64,000 nt of DNA from Trypanosoma brucei (Eukaryota): assembly GCA_000002445.1 (NCBI GenBank), contig CP000068.1, positions 1,280,001 to 1,344,000 on the forward strand, given 5' to 3'. How positions within the stretch are numbered: the first letter of the stretch is position 1; the number at the start of each line of letters is the position of its first letter. Below are positions 29,993 to 40,575 of the stretch, piece after piece. A program made the position numbers and the translations under genes. The notes beneath the pieces are model-generated. The model saw nothing but the letters and a program-made list of their open reading frames with translations. It was not told the DNA's origin and ran no database searches.

Positions 29993-31891
29993 CTAATAAC
30001 GCCTTTGAGTCGACCGGTAGCCGGAACCCCAACTCCTTCCACCGCCACCACCGCCGCCGCCACCATTACGGTTGTATTGATTATATCCGCCGCCCCGTGG
30101 CCCGCCACGGTACCCGCCACCACCACCACCTCCACCACGGTTTCCGCGACTACCGCTGTTCAGCTCTCGGGCAATAATTGGAGGAAGCGTTTCGATGACG
30201 CTCAATTCCATGCCTTGCACTGGAGTGTTTAGTATGCGGTCCACTACATCCTCAGGCACGTCAAATACACAACCCGGAGCGTCCTGCAGGAGTGTTATAT
30301 CGCGGCAACGCATAAACAATTCGTCCCCGAGGTTGTTGCGCAATATGCTGCAAAACACATGCGTAGGTAAACTCCGCTGACCCAACATCTGCACTGTTGC
30401 GGAGCCCCTTGCCCCGCTGATGAGGCCACGCTTTGTGATACTGCTGGTATATCCACTCATGACGGCAATAGCTGAAGCAAGAATCTCGGTTGGGTCAGCA
30501 TCCTTAAGAAGTTCTGCAGCCTGATCCATAAAAAGATTTGTCGCGCTTCGCTCCACGCGTGCCATGTCTTCCGCAGCATCGCGCGCCACTGCCTTAAGAA
30601 TCTCCTCCCGCGTCGGCGCGGGTAAAACCTCGAACTTAATTTTGGCGTGGCGCTCAATGCGCTCCACAACATATTCATCCTTCGGCTGGTGAAGGAGCAC
30701 ACAGACACCTTTGCGGCCAGCACGTCCTGTCCTGCCAGCGCGGTGAATAAAGGCATCAATGTCTGTAGGCGGTGCGCACTGAATGACAAGGTCCACCATG
30801 GGGAGATCCAAGCCACGGGCAGCCACATCAGTGGCTATCAGAACGCTAAACTTGTTGTCACGGAAGCTTTTCATCGTGCTCTCCCGCTGCTCTTGTTGCA
30901 TATCACCGTGAAGGCACTGAGAATCCAACTTTGTATTGTTGATGGAAAGGTCATGGCAGTCCTTCTTGGTGTTGGTAAAAATGAGTGTCCGGCCATGCCG
31001 CCCACTGTACACCTTCACTAAGTCTGCCAACATGCTGGAAACCTCAGCAAAGCCACACTTACGGCGATAGAATCGGATGGTGTTTGCCGCACGCATTGCG
31101 CCTTGCCCGACCATATCAATAAACTTTTTGTTCTTGGAAATGAATGAGCACGTGTGGACCCAGTCTGGGACCGTGGCCGAAAAGAGCAACGTCTGGTGTT
31201 TTGGTTCATCAGGAGTCGAACCGTTCTGTTCTGCGACTCGCTGTAGTAACAGTTCAATATCCTCCTTGAAGCCAATATCCAGCATGTGGTCAGCCTCGTC
31301 CAAACAAACCATCTTCACACGCTCAAAGTGCAGCGTACCTTTCTCGAGGAAATCCTTTGCACGACCGGGTGTGGCCACAACAATGTCAACGCCGCTGAAC
31401 AGCACACGCTCCTGGGTACTGTAGGCAACACCACCATAAAGTGCAGCAACCACGAGGTCCCCGCTAACACCTGCGAGCACGTCACGCACTTGAATGGCAA
31501 GTTCACGAGTCGGGCAAAATATTACCGCCGCAGGACCGCGCCCACGCGCCAGCGGTCCCTCCTTCTTGTTCAGTTTCTCAACGATGGGAATACCGAAAGC
31601 AAGTGTTTTGCCACTTCCTGTACGCGCCTGCACAAGGACATCTTCACCACGCATAATAGCTTCGAATGTTAGTGCCTGCACGGGAAACAGCGAAACAATA
31701 CCTTGAGCCTCCAGTGCCTTCACCATCCCGCTGGAAAGATTAAACTCAGAGAACGGCCGACCCACCGCGGCAGAGCCGTTGTTGGGCTCCTGATCAGTCT
31801 CTTCATTCCCAGTCATCTCTTCGCGGGAGCGTTTCGTTTTGGTGACGTGCCCTTCATGCCTGTGAGTCCCTTCCTCAGCTCTGGAAGACAT
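29993..31891 (-). CDS. ATP-dependent DEAD-box RNA helicase, DDX21/Gu-like, with C-terminal Gly/Arg-rich (GAR/RGG) tail
   Basis: Q-motif (FSEF...FPVQ), motif I ARTGSGKTLAF, Ia PTRELA, II DEAD (VCLDEADHML), III SAT, and HRAGRTGRAGRKG. C-terminus is GGGGGGGGYRGGPRGGGYNQYNRNGGGGGGGGGRSWGSGYR. Confidence 0.9.
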   Translation of the reverse strand: MSSRAEEGTHRHEGHVTKTKRSREEMTGNEETDQEPNNGSAAVGRPFSEFNLSSGMVKALEAQGIVSLFPVQALTFEAIMRGEDVLVQARTGSGKTLAFGIPIVEKLNKKEGPLARGRGPAAVIFCPTRELAIQVRDVLAGVSGDLVVAALYGGVAYSTQERVLFSGVDIVVATPGRAKDFLEKGTLHFERVKMVCLDEADHMLDIGFKEDIELLLQRVAEQNGSTPDEPKHQTLLFSATVPDWVHTCSFISKNKKFIDMVGQGAMRAANTIRFYRRKCGFAEVSSMLADLVKVYSGRHGRTLIFTNTKKDCHDLSINNTKLDSQCLHGDMQQEQRESTMKSFRDNKFSVLIATDVAARGLDLPMVDLVIQCAPPTDIDAFIHRAGRTGRAGRKGVCVLLHQPKDEYVVERIERHAKIKFEVLPAPTREEILKAVARDAAEDMARVERSATNLFMDQAAELLKDADPTEILASAIAVMSGYTSSITKRGLISGARGSATVQMLGQRSLPTHVFCSILRNNLGDELFMRCRDITLLQDAPGCVFDVPEDVVDRILNTPVQGMELSVIETLPPIIARELNSGSRGNRGGGGGGGGYRGGPRGGGYNQYNRNGGGGGGGGGRSWGSGYRSTQRRY

Positions 31892-32500
31892 GCTTGTCAG
31901 TGCCTTTTATACCTTAGTTTAGTGTTACTGTTGTTTTGTTTTGTTTTTTAAACCAACTCCTTTTACCACTTTATTCCTAATTCGTCTCCGACGCACCCTC
32001 TTTACGTCCGACTCTTTATGTCACTCCTCACCACTTCTTTCTGATTAACTTGACCGCTGTAACAAATACAGGGTAGTCGCGTGGCACCGGGAACCTCAGC
32101 CTACAGACCTAACAAAAAAATTTTTAAAATCCACACGTAGAGTAAGTACACTTCAGGGAGCAATCAGTCAAAACAGTAAAATAAGCGACGAGTAAAAGAA
32201 CGAAGGTATGTATGTGATTCAACTCCAAAAACGTTTCCAAGCAAAATAACAAAAACAAAAAACAGATGTTGCACTAGCAAGCAACGAACCTGCCCTTCCT
32301 GCGCACCGACTGTGGCACGCTCACTTTTTGAAAACACTTGGACCCTCCGCCTGGTCCTACTCTCTCCGTAACTGCATGCTATTTTTGTTGTTTCATACGA
32401 GCACAACCACGAACTGCTTGCAGTTAGGCACAAGTAGATGAGTCAGTTGGCAAAACCATATCACAAACCAAGTACACATATGCAACCATGCACGCATAAG

Positions 32501-32534
<34 letters not shown>
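32501..32534. repeat. compound microsatellite (TA)8(TG)9 in intergenic/UTR region between kinase and DEAD-box helicase genes
   Basis: tatatatatatatatatgtgtgtgtgtgtgtgtg read directly. Confidence 0.9.
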
Positions 32535-32844
32535 GTAGAGAAGAGCGTAGCTATACCACACACCCATGTAGCAAACGGGCAAAAGCAGCTAAAAAAAAAT
32601 CAAAAGGCCGCCTCGTGCAGGCCCTAAGACTCCCTTCCTCCTCCTCCACTTCTCTCATAACCGCCTTCGTATTCCTTCCCTCTCACTCACCTTGTGCGAC
32701 CACTGCGCCACGTCTTCATCTTCCACGAGTCTCCCGGCCTGCCGTCGTCACACAATGCGCTTTTTTGGCACGCAAAGATACTTCACTCCGCTTCTCATGA
32801 AATTGCTCTGACCCACAAGTCCGGGGGAAAGCGAGGGAGCTGCG

Positions 32845-33915
32845 CTATCCCTCTTCACATTGGCTCGTCATTGGTAAGAAATCAGCCACTCCACCCGACT
32901 CATTTTTTTTTAGGAACCACGCAGATTGCAGCACATCACTTGCTTTAGGCCGCTGACCTGGGTCAAAACTCAACAATAGCCGAATGATATCTACAGCCTC
33001 AGGTGGCACATTCCTCCATTCCGGTTCCTCAAATAACGGCCCGACCTCCATCACTTTCACCAATTGTACCTTATTTCCCCTGTTTTGAAAAGGCAGCTTC
33101 CTGCAGAACATCACGTACAATATGGTCCCCACGGCAAACATATCCATTCGTGGCATTAACTCAGCGGTGGTTGCCAGATGGCCGCTTTGCACGAGGCTGC
33201 GCACCGTCTCGGGGGCCGCATAGTTAATGGTCCCGCACGGTGTGGCGATAAGAGGACTGTCGGTGTACGACGACTCAAGCGAGTCCGCTGGCGCAGCCGA
33301 GGGAGCTGGGGACAACTGCCACACGTTCCCGCCCAAAAGACGATCACCAACACAACGCCGCCCCTTCGACAGCGTGCGTGCGAGACCAAAGTCAACAAGA
33401 GTCAAGTGGAATCCACCATCTTCTGTGGATGTTACAAGTACGTTCTCAGGTTTGATATCGCGGTGTACAACGCGAACCTGGCTATGCAAATAGTTAACGA
33501 CCTCCAACAACTGTCGTGCAACTGACCGCACCTGCGCCTCCGTCATGATGCCGTCACGCAGTGTCTTGTAGAGTTCCTTTCCATCAACGAAGTTTGTCAC
33601 GATCACAATATGATATTCGGTTTGAAAGCAATCAATAAATTGCAAGCAATTAGGGTGGTTCAGATGACGCAGAATCTCCACCTCTCTAACAATATCTTGG
33701 CACATTCTGTCCAACGAGAGACCTCGCTTTTCAAACACCTTGAGGGCAACAGGGCTCCCCTTGCTCACTTTATCACCATCTACGAGGCTCACACCCTTGA
33801 ACACCGACGCATACGTTCCTCGCCCCACAAAGTCTAAAATTTCGTCCGTCGCATACAGGCGGTCCATAAGACGTTCCATGCGAAAGGGAACGTGCGACAT
33901 ACCTGCACAAAACAC
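32845..33915 (-). CDS. serine/threonine protein kinase (CAMK-like)
   Basis: Gly-loop GRGTYASV, VAIK-like ALKVF, HRDIKPENVL catalytic loop, DFG, and APE (YAAPE). Confidence 0.85.
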   Translation of the reverse strand: MFCAGMSHVPFRMERLMDRLYATDEILDFVGRGTYASVFKGVSLVDGDKVSKGSPVALKVFEKRGLSLDRMCQDIVREVEILRHLNHPNCLQFIDCFQTEYHIVIVTNFVDGKELYKTLRDGIMTEAQVRSVARQLLEVVNYLHSQVRVVHRDIKPENVLVTSTEDGGFHLTLVDFGLARTLSKGRRCVGDRLLGGNVWQLSPAPSAAPADSLESSYTDSPLIATPCGTINYAAPETVRSLVQSGHLATTAELMPRMDMFAVGTILYVMFCRKLPFQNRGNKVQLVKVMEVGPLFEEPEWRNVPPEAVDIIRLLLSFDPGQRPKASDVLQSAWFLKKNESGGVADFLPMTSQCEEG

Positions 33916-34267
33916 TGATAAAGGTGGGGAAAGAAATATGTTTCAACCTCCACTTCTTTCCTTCCTCTCACCAAAAGGAAAAACGGGATAAAGAAGCGAA
34001 TAACGCCAGCAATTGAATACGCACATCAACACAATTAGCACGAAAAGGGATACACGCGGTACTTTCACAGGTGAGTGGTTAGCTTCTCCATCACCCGTGT
34101 TGACATATATATACGAATATGTATATTTACACAAAAGGTGCATAAAGAGTCATTGTGCACCCTTTCATCATCTCTATACATTCTAGTAACCACAACGAAA
34201 ATGAGAGGAAACGTACCTGAACAGGTGCCAGGGTTGCACCGCCACCAAAATAACCGCACGACGAAGG

Positions 34268-34540
34268 TTACGTCACTGTCTTCCACAAAAGGATGGACAA
34301 CGGGCCCCAGGTCATGTATATGTACCCCTTCATCTCATGAGTCACAAAGGACCCAAAGTTCTTGCCAACGACACAATGCCAAATACCCTTGTATTTCTTT
34401 TGGAATTCCCGCTTCACGAAAGAAGCCACGCCATTCTCCAGCGATTCCGTTTCAAAGGCCTGAATGACAAGGTTACGCGCCTCCTCCTGCATCTCTTTCG
34501 TCATATCAGCGTTAATGTTGAATTCATGGTGCTTAGACAT
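34268..34540 (-). CDS. DYNLL: dynein light chain LC8-type
   Basis: C-terminal GKNFGSFVTHEMKGYIYMTWGPLSILLWKT matches the LC8 signature. Start trimmed to MSKHHEF ('cat' 34538-34540) to give the canonical ~90 aa length. Confidence 0.85.
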   Translation of the reverse strand: MSKHHEFNINADMTKEMQEEARNLVIQAFETESLENGVASFVKREFQKKYKGIWHCVVGKNFGSFVTHEMKGYIYMTWGPLSILLWKTVT

Positions 34541-35374
34541 GTTGTGTGGCTTTAATAATACTACACACCCCTTAACTTGGTTAAACCCGTGACGATTAAC
34601 TGTTGCTCGTGGCACGATCCCAAACAATTACGGACAGATGCCTTGCGAGGGAACAACGGTGGAGTGCTGCTCACGGCTACACGGCTGTAGGCGCAATGAA
34701 AAAGGGGGGAAAACGTATGGGCAAAGAACGTCGTCAGATGATGAAATAGAGAAAGAAGGAAAGTGATTGATCCGAGCATGGAATAATCGGATTAAGGTAA
34801 CGAAGAAAAGAGGCGGAAGTGCTTGAAAGGGTCTCGTGCAACCTCACAAACGGGAGTCAAAAAAGAAAAAAGAGGGAAACGCGAGAAGAGGGAAACTAAG
34901 TTGAAAAGAAAAAAAGGAAGGGGATGAACAAAGACAGGGGAAATAATATAAAATTAAACGGTTGTGGACAGACAAAACTTGAACAAACGAGAGAGAACAA
35001 AACTGAAAATGTTCTGTCAGTTTGGTTTCCTGTATATCAACATATACGAATGTGTGTATGTTTCTGTTCCCGCTTACTGCCGACGTAAATCTCCCCCACC
35101 AACCAGCGCAGTGGCATCCGGACATTTTCGATTTTACCCAAGGCGTTTTCTGCGGTAACAAAGCACCATTAGCTTTACAAAGCGGCCTAATGAATTACAC
35201 CCAACACCACGGTCCCCTCCCTTTCTTATCGTGAGCCGTAAAACGCACATACAAACACATACATATTTCTTTACGTTAACTTCACATATTACCTGGCATC
35301 CTCACACATAACAGAAAAAAAACACCGCCTCCTCCACTCCTCTTTATTACACGTCACGTTTGGGCACAACGTTA

Positions 35375-35917
35375 TCACTTTACAGCAGTTTTTTCATACA
35401 GCATTTTGACAGTCACACCAATCTCCTGTGTTTGCGAGGCCAAACTCGTCACGGCAAACTGTGTCTGGTCGTGCTTCATCACAAGAGTCGTAACAGATGC
35501 AGCCAAACTGCTGTTATGCTCTGCAAGCAGACGGTTACATTCCAACAAAGATGTGTTCTCCCTTTTTAGACCGATAACCTCACCTTCCAACCGCCGCTTA
35601 TCCCGTAGCAAACGCTTTGTTTTCTTCCTCTCTCGGCACAAGGCAGACACAACACCCTCCACATCCACCGATAATTTTCCCCGCATCGGGCTAACATCCG
35701 ACATTTCGCTGCCAGTACTGCTACGAAGACTGTTACCGCTGCTGTGGTCCCTCGCCCCCTCGGCATTGAAATCCCTCTTTGAAACTGTCTTATCCACAAT
35801 CCACTGTGGCCGCGAGCCATCACGGTAATCAGCCTTCGGGCCGTGGTCAATAAAACTGCCACTACTTCCGTTGCTCATTGACATGTGACTACAGCGCTCA
35901 CAGCAGCCACACCACAA
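35375..35917 (-). CDS. hypothetical protein with C-terminal coiled coil (180 aa; start uncertain)
   Basis: Strand-consistent ORF. Ser-rich N-terminal half and heptad-like C-terminus (KRLLRDKRRLEGEVIGLKRENTSLLECNRLLAEHN). Confidence 0.4.
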   Translation of the reverse strand: MWCGCCERCSHMSMSNGSSGSFIDHGPKADYRDGSRPQWIVDKTVSKRDFNAEGARDHSSGNSLRSSTGSEMSDVSPMRGKLSVDVEGVVSALCRERKKTKRLLRDKRRLEGEVIGLKRENTSLLECNRLLAEHNSSLAASVTTLVMKHDQTQFAVTSLASQTQEIGVTVKMLYEKTAVK

Positions 35918-36710
35918 ACACCAGTCACCTTATCCCCTTGCTCTCAGATGAAACAACAGGTCGGGATGCCTTCAAATTATACAGAATGTCGAACAAGGGG
36001 GAAAAAAAAACTAGCTTCAAAGTAACAGACGAGATCAGAATAAACGAGCGGCAATTGCTGTTACAAAGAGAGGTAAATATTTCTGGAAAAGCAGGAATAC
36101 TCGAGAATTGTAAAATAATAATAATAATAGAGTAGATGAAAAGCAAACAATTGAAACTATCGTCAAGGTGGGGCAAGTGATTTCGACTCAAAATACTTAT
36201 CCACAAATCGATACGCCCATGCGAGAGAAATGGCAGCAAGAATCTTGAGGCAATATAGCCTCCCTCAGTTGTACCATTTCCATCGCTACACGTATTCTCC
36301 GCTAGATCATAATACCTGCAGCTAGTGAATTTACTACGCAGGTATTGTCCAGGTAACAATAAAATCCATAAAGATTTATTATTCACCGTGCATACCAACA
36401 ATTTGAAACAAAAGCAAAAAAAAATGTGTGATTGATGGCGGCAGTAAGTATCCCTAAACAGATTGAAAATCCAATGAAACCCTGTTTCCTTACTCTTGAT
36501 CCCGTTTGTTTCAAAAAACAACGGAAACGGACATGCGCAAGCCCTTCTGATCCACTACTACGCATGCGGAAATAATCCATGGTGCCTTGTCCCTCACCTT
36601 TGGTAAATGCCATATGAAAATGAAAAGGTGGTGCTAACAGTGTCCAACCACGCCACGTTGCATGGGACTAACACATATAATTTGAAGGGGTGCACCCAAG
36701 AGCACAAAAA

Positions 36711-39227
36711 TTATGACTTTGTCTCGGTTGTTTGGCCCCCAAGCATCCCTTGCGCAGTGTTAAACAGGTTCACCGGCGTTTTTCCATCTGTGATCAAGTA
36801 GCCCTTCAACCCCAACCCACCGAGCAGTTTCGCTTGCATTTCGGGGCCGGCCTGTGCGATCGATACAAGCGTCTGTCTCCCAATGGCACTTACCATCCGT
36901 TGAATCCTCTCAACTTCCGTTTGGGCGAGCTCACGGGCCTTTACGATTTCCAGCTCGTTCTGACGCTTTGCAAACTCCAGCTCGAGATCTTGCTGTTGCT
37001 TTTGCTTTGCGAGGTCTGACGCCGCTGTGATACGGAGCGCTTTTGCCCTCATCTCCGCTTGCTTCAGCTCTGTGTCCGCCTCAATGAGAAGTGACTCCGC
37101 CTTCGCCTTCGCCTCCGCTACTGCCTGCCCACTCGCCTGAACAACCTCACTCTGCGCCTGCAGTTCAAGCCACTGTGTTTTGGTCCGCTCCACTTCAATT
37201 TTATCGACGAGTTTCTGTCGCTCAAGCCTTCCCCGAGCCTCCTGGTCCTTCCGCTCCTTCCCGTGCCGTGCCGCAGCCTCCTGGGATTTGGTCGTTATTT
37301 CTATGGCCAGCTGCACAGATTTCTGTAGACTGTCCCGCGTCTTCGCATCAGTGGGTTCCACTGATTGAATGTCAATGTTCGTTACGACGAGGTTGTTGGC
37401 AGAGAAGCGAAGTGAGTTCCTCACATGGCCATTGCCATCGCGACCAAACACAGCCTCACGAATTATCTTCGCAGAATTACGATGGAAAGAGTCAAAGTCC
37501 TCCGCAGCAACAGCCCCACGAACGCGAGACGCGATAGTTTTGCAGCAATCCCCAACAAAATCAGGCACGGAAAATATCTTGGCATCAGGATTCTCTCGAT
37601 TCACATCAAAATGCCAGTTATACGAAAGACTAAGTTGCAAACGTGCATGGTCAGAGGTTTCCACAACAATCGTGTCACTGGAGAAACGAGGACCCAAAAA
37701 GAGCTGTAGAGCGAGAAGCGAATTTAGTGCTTTTGGTTTTCCCCCACTGAGTGACAATACAGTAAACTCCTCATCGGGGGATAGCATAACAAGGTTCGGA
37801 CCGAGCACTACGCGAGGTTTCTTTTGCTTGTAATCATAAATCTGTACCGCCGCGTTGTGTTGAACGTTGAAGCGAATGATACGATGTTTCACACGCGAAC
37901 TGGTAAAGTTAGGATCCCGCTCACTGCAGCGGCAGCACCCCGTAGGGCATGCAAGAAGTTCTTCCACATCAGGAGAAAGATCCTTCTCCCATAGCACCTC
38001 GTGCTCCTTGAGCATGTAAGGCTCTCCGATAACAGTGCGGACTTCACCCGTAGTGGTGTTCATGACATAAATGCCTTCATTTTTGTCCAGTGCAATCACA
38101 CCTCGTCGCTCCAGCACGCAAACATCCACTCTAGGAATATACTCAGTGGCACCGCGGAGCAGCCATTTCTCACCCGGCATGCGAACAGTGCCGCCACAAT
38201 CCTCAAACTTTTCCAAAGCCTGCAAAAGTAGTGCCTCATTCTTCCCGATAGCGTTCATTGACTGAACCTCACCCACCAGACTCTCACCGGGCCTCAGGAA
38301 AAAGCTGCACTCCCCTTTGCGGACTTCTCTTTTACCGAACTGGTTGATGCCTTCATCTCCAACAGGGTCCTTAACGATACAGTACTGGTTCTTGCTTAAT
38401 ATAATGGCATTCACGGTGGCGGTGATTACCTCGTTTACATCAGGGATGTGCGTAGAGGACATTTTATGCGTAATCATCCACTGCTCTCCTGCTTTACGTG
38501 CTTTACCGTACACATCAGTAAAGTTGCGTAGAGCCCTTAGGTGGATTGCCTCCTTCTCAGTCAAAACAGCACCCCTAACGTAACTCACAAATTCCTCCTC
38601 GTATGCAGGAAGATAAGCACCACTGGTTCGATGCAGCCACTCTTCCCCAGCCACACGCGCAACGCCTTGTCGGTCAGTAAAGTTGAGCCGCGCCCGGAGC
38701 TTAATGGCAGTGTTTGATTCCACAGTAAGTGCCTCAACCTCCCCAAGCTCCTCCACTTCCACGCGGGGAATAAATGTCTGCGGGCCCTCCACAATCCATT
38801 GTTCACCCGCCCGCACTGACACCCGTGTACTATCGACAAAATCACGCGTACAACGAACATGGTAACCTTTGTTGGAGGGAATCACCTTTAACTTGAAGAG
38901 CCATTCCCCATCAACAGTTAAAAGCTCTTCCCCAGGCAATAGAGGGAACGGAGGTTGTTCAAATCGTATTTCTTTCTCGCCCATGCGTAACTGCACCTCC
39001 TCACTTTCCCCGACCTTTGGGATGTTGTCTTCGCCACGCACGCACGGGTTCTGCACAACACAATAGTGGCCTGGAGGCACCACGACACATTGCCGCGGTT
39101 CGAAAAGACATCGTTCGTGCTCCTTACGTGTGTACACCTGCGGCCCCAGCATACATTTAGTGACATTTGTGTTGTTGTTCAGCAAATGAACGTAAAAATG
39201 ACGTTTAATTCGTATGATATCACTCAT
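36711..39227 (-). CDS. MVP: major vault protein (MVP)
   Basis: ~838 aa with N-terminal vault repeat region and a characteristic C-terminal coiled-coil/cap-helix ending ...[43 protein letters not shown]. This closely parallels the MVP C-terminus ([38 protein letters not shown]). Confidence 0.9.
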
Positions 39228-40575
39228 CTTCGAAACAGTTGGACAAAAATGACAACACGAAAATTGACAACGCCTCTGAACTTGGATGTTACTGCTGAAA
39301 TATTAAGAGATATCTACTAAACGATGCTTTCTATTCAATTTGCGGTCAAAGAGAAAGCGCAGTGCAAGTGCACAAAAAGCAATTCCTGAGCGGACATTTA
39401 TGCACAAATCCGGTACTATGTTGCCCGCAGCAAAGCAACCATAAACACACAGCAACTTGAAACAGTAAGAACGACCATGCGGTCATATCACAACTGCAAC
39501 TTTCATAATCCTCGGCACACGATAAATATCCTTTATCTCACCTTTCACTTGAAAGTATCCGTCAAAACACGTCAGACAGAGAAACAGTCAAAAATCTTCT
39601 ACGACACGCATCGATCACGTATACGTCCATGCACGTGAATGGCGTTCTTGCAGCGTGTGAAGACTCGCTTACGAGTTGTGCACTGATCAGGCGATGCTTC
39701 ACAACATATGAAAAAAAAACACTTGCGAGTCAACTGCAGCAACCACGCACCGTAGCGCGTCGGGGCGCAATACTTAAATGTCAGAAGGAACACGTGAAGC
39801 ATTTTCCCTACACCTCATCAGATTCAAGTCGCTTTAATGGAGAAACGTAAGCACGAACTATCGCGTACGAGGAAGATTCTCGCCCTCTGTAGCTACTACC
39901 TCCAGTCGCATTATCTATACTCATTTGGTAATATATATATACATATATATATATTTGATAAACGAGCACAAAAACAAAAAAGGAGCAAAGGCAGAACGTG
40001 CATTCCCGTACATACGTTGGCTGCTCACCACACAAACCAATCAAACTTCGTGTAGTGCATTCACCGAGGTTGAAAGAGGAAATGAAGTTAAGAGAGGTCA
40101 CGCCCACTAAACACTAAGAGTACGCCTCCTCCCCGCCCCCCCCCCACACTAACAAAAAAAAAAAAGACCCTACACAACCAGGAAGTGTATGAACAGGTGG
40201 CATACTGCATCCACCTTTTCACACCCTATGCACGACATCTGTAACTTCCCGGAGATGTTGCCGTGACCGCAGTTTTCGAAGAAAACTTAATAAAACGTAT
40301 ACGTAATAACGACAAAACGTATAACCGCAATCGAGTTCAACGAAAAAAAAAATAGAGAAAAAGAGAAGAACGATCGCATTGTTCCTCTGGGTAGAACAAC
40401 GATGGTCAAGAAGAACATGGAGCACTATAATGGAGGGAAAGTTCTATCAAGCATATTCATCCACATGTACGTATGCGTGATGGTTGGTTTGTGTTTGTAA
40501 TAAAACATCCAAAATCTTTCAACGGTGCTTCTAACAATCTAATGTTGCCGTCATCCAACGGTAATATCTCTATCA

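Noticed and set aside
29881-30138. 85-aa poly-Ala/Val/Thr minus-frame ORF overlapping the 3' end of the DEAD-box helicase
   Set aside because: It is the alternate-frame reading of the (GGN)n repeat that encodes the helicase GAR tail, not an independent gene.
37091-37833. Plus-strand ORFs of 148 and 154 aa (37091-37537, 37369-37833) and many similar 60-160 aa plus-strand ORFs across 1-51000 (e.g. 10885-11367, 43736-44152, 44930-45349, 48570-49010)
   Set aside because: They are antisense to well-supported minus-strand CDSs with clear homology. They have Ser/Arg/Pro-rich low-complexity composition typical of reverse-frame read-through, and they are on the wrong strand for this transcription unit.
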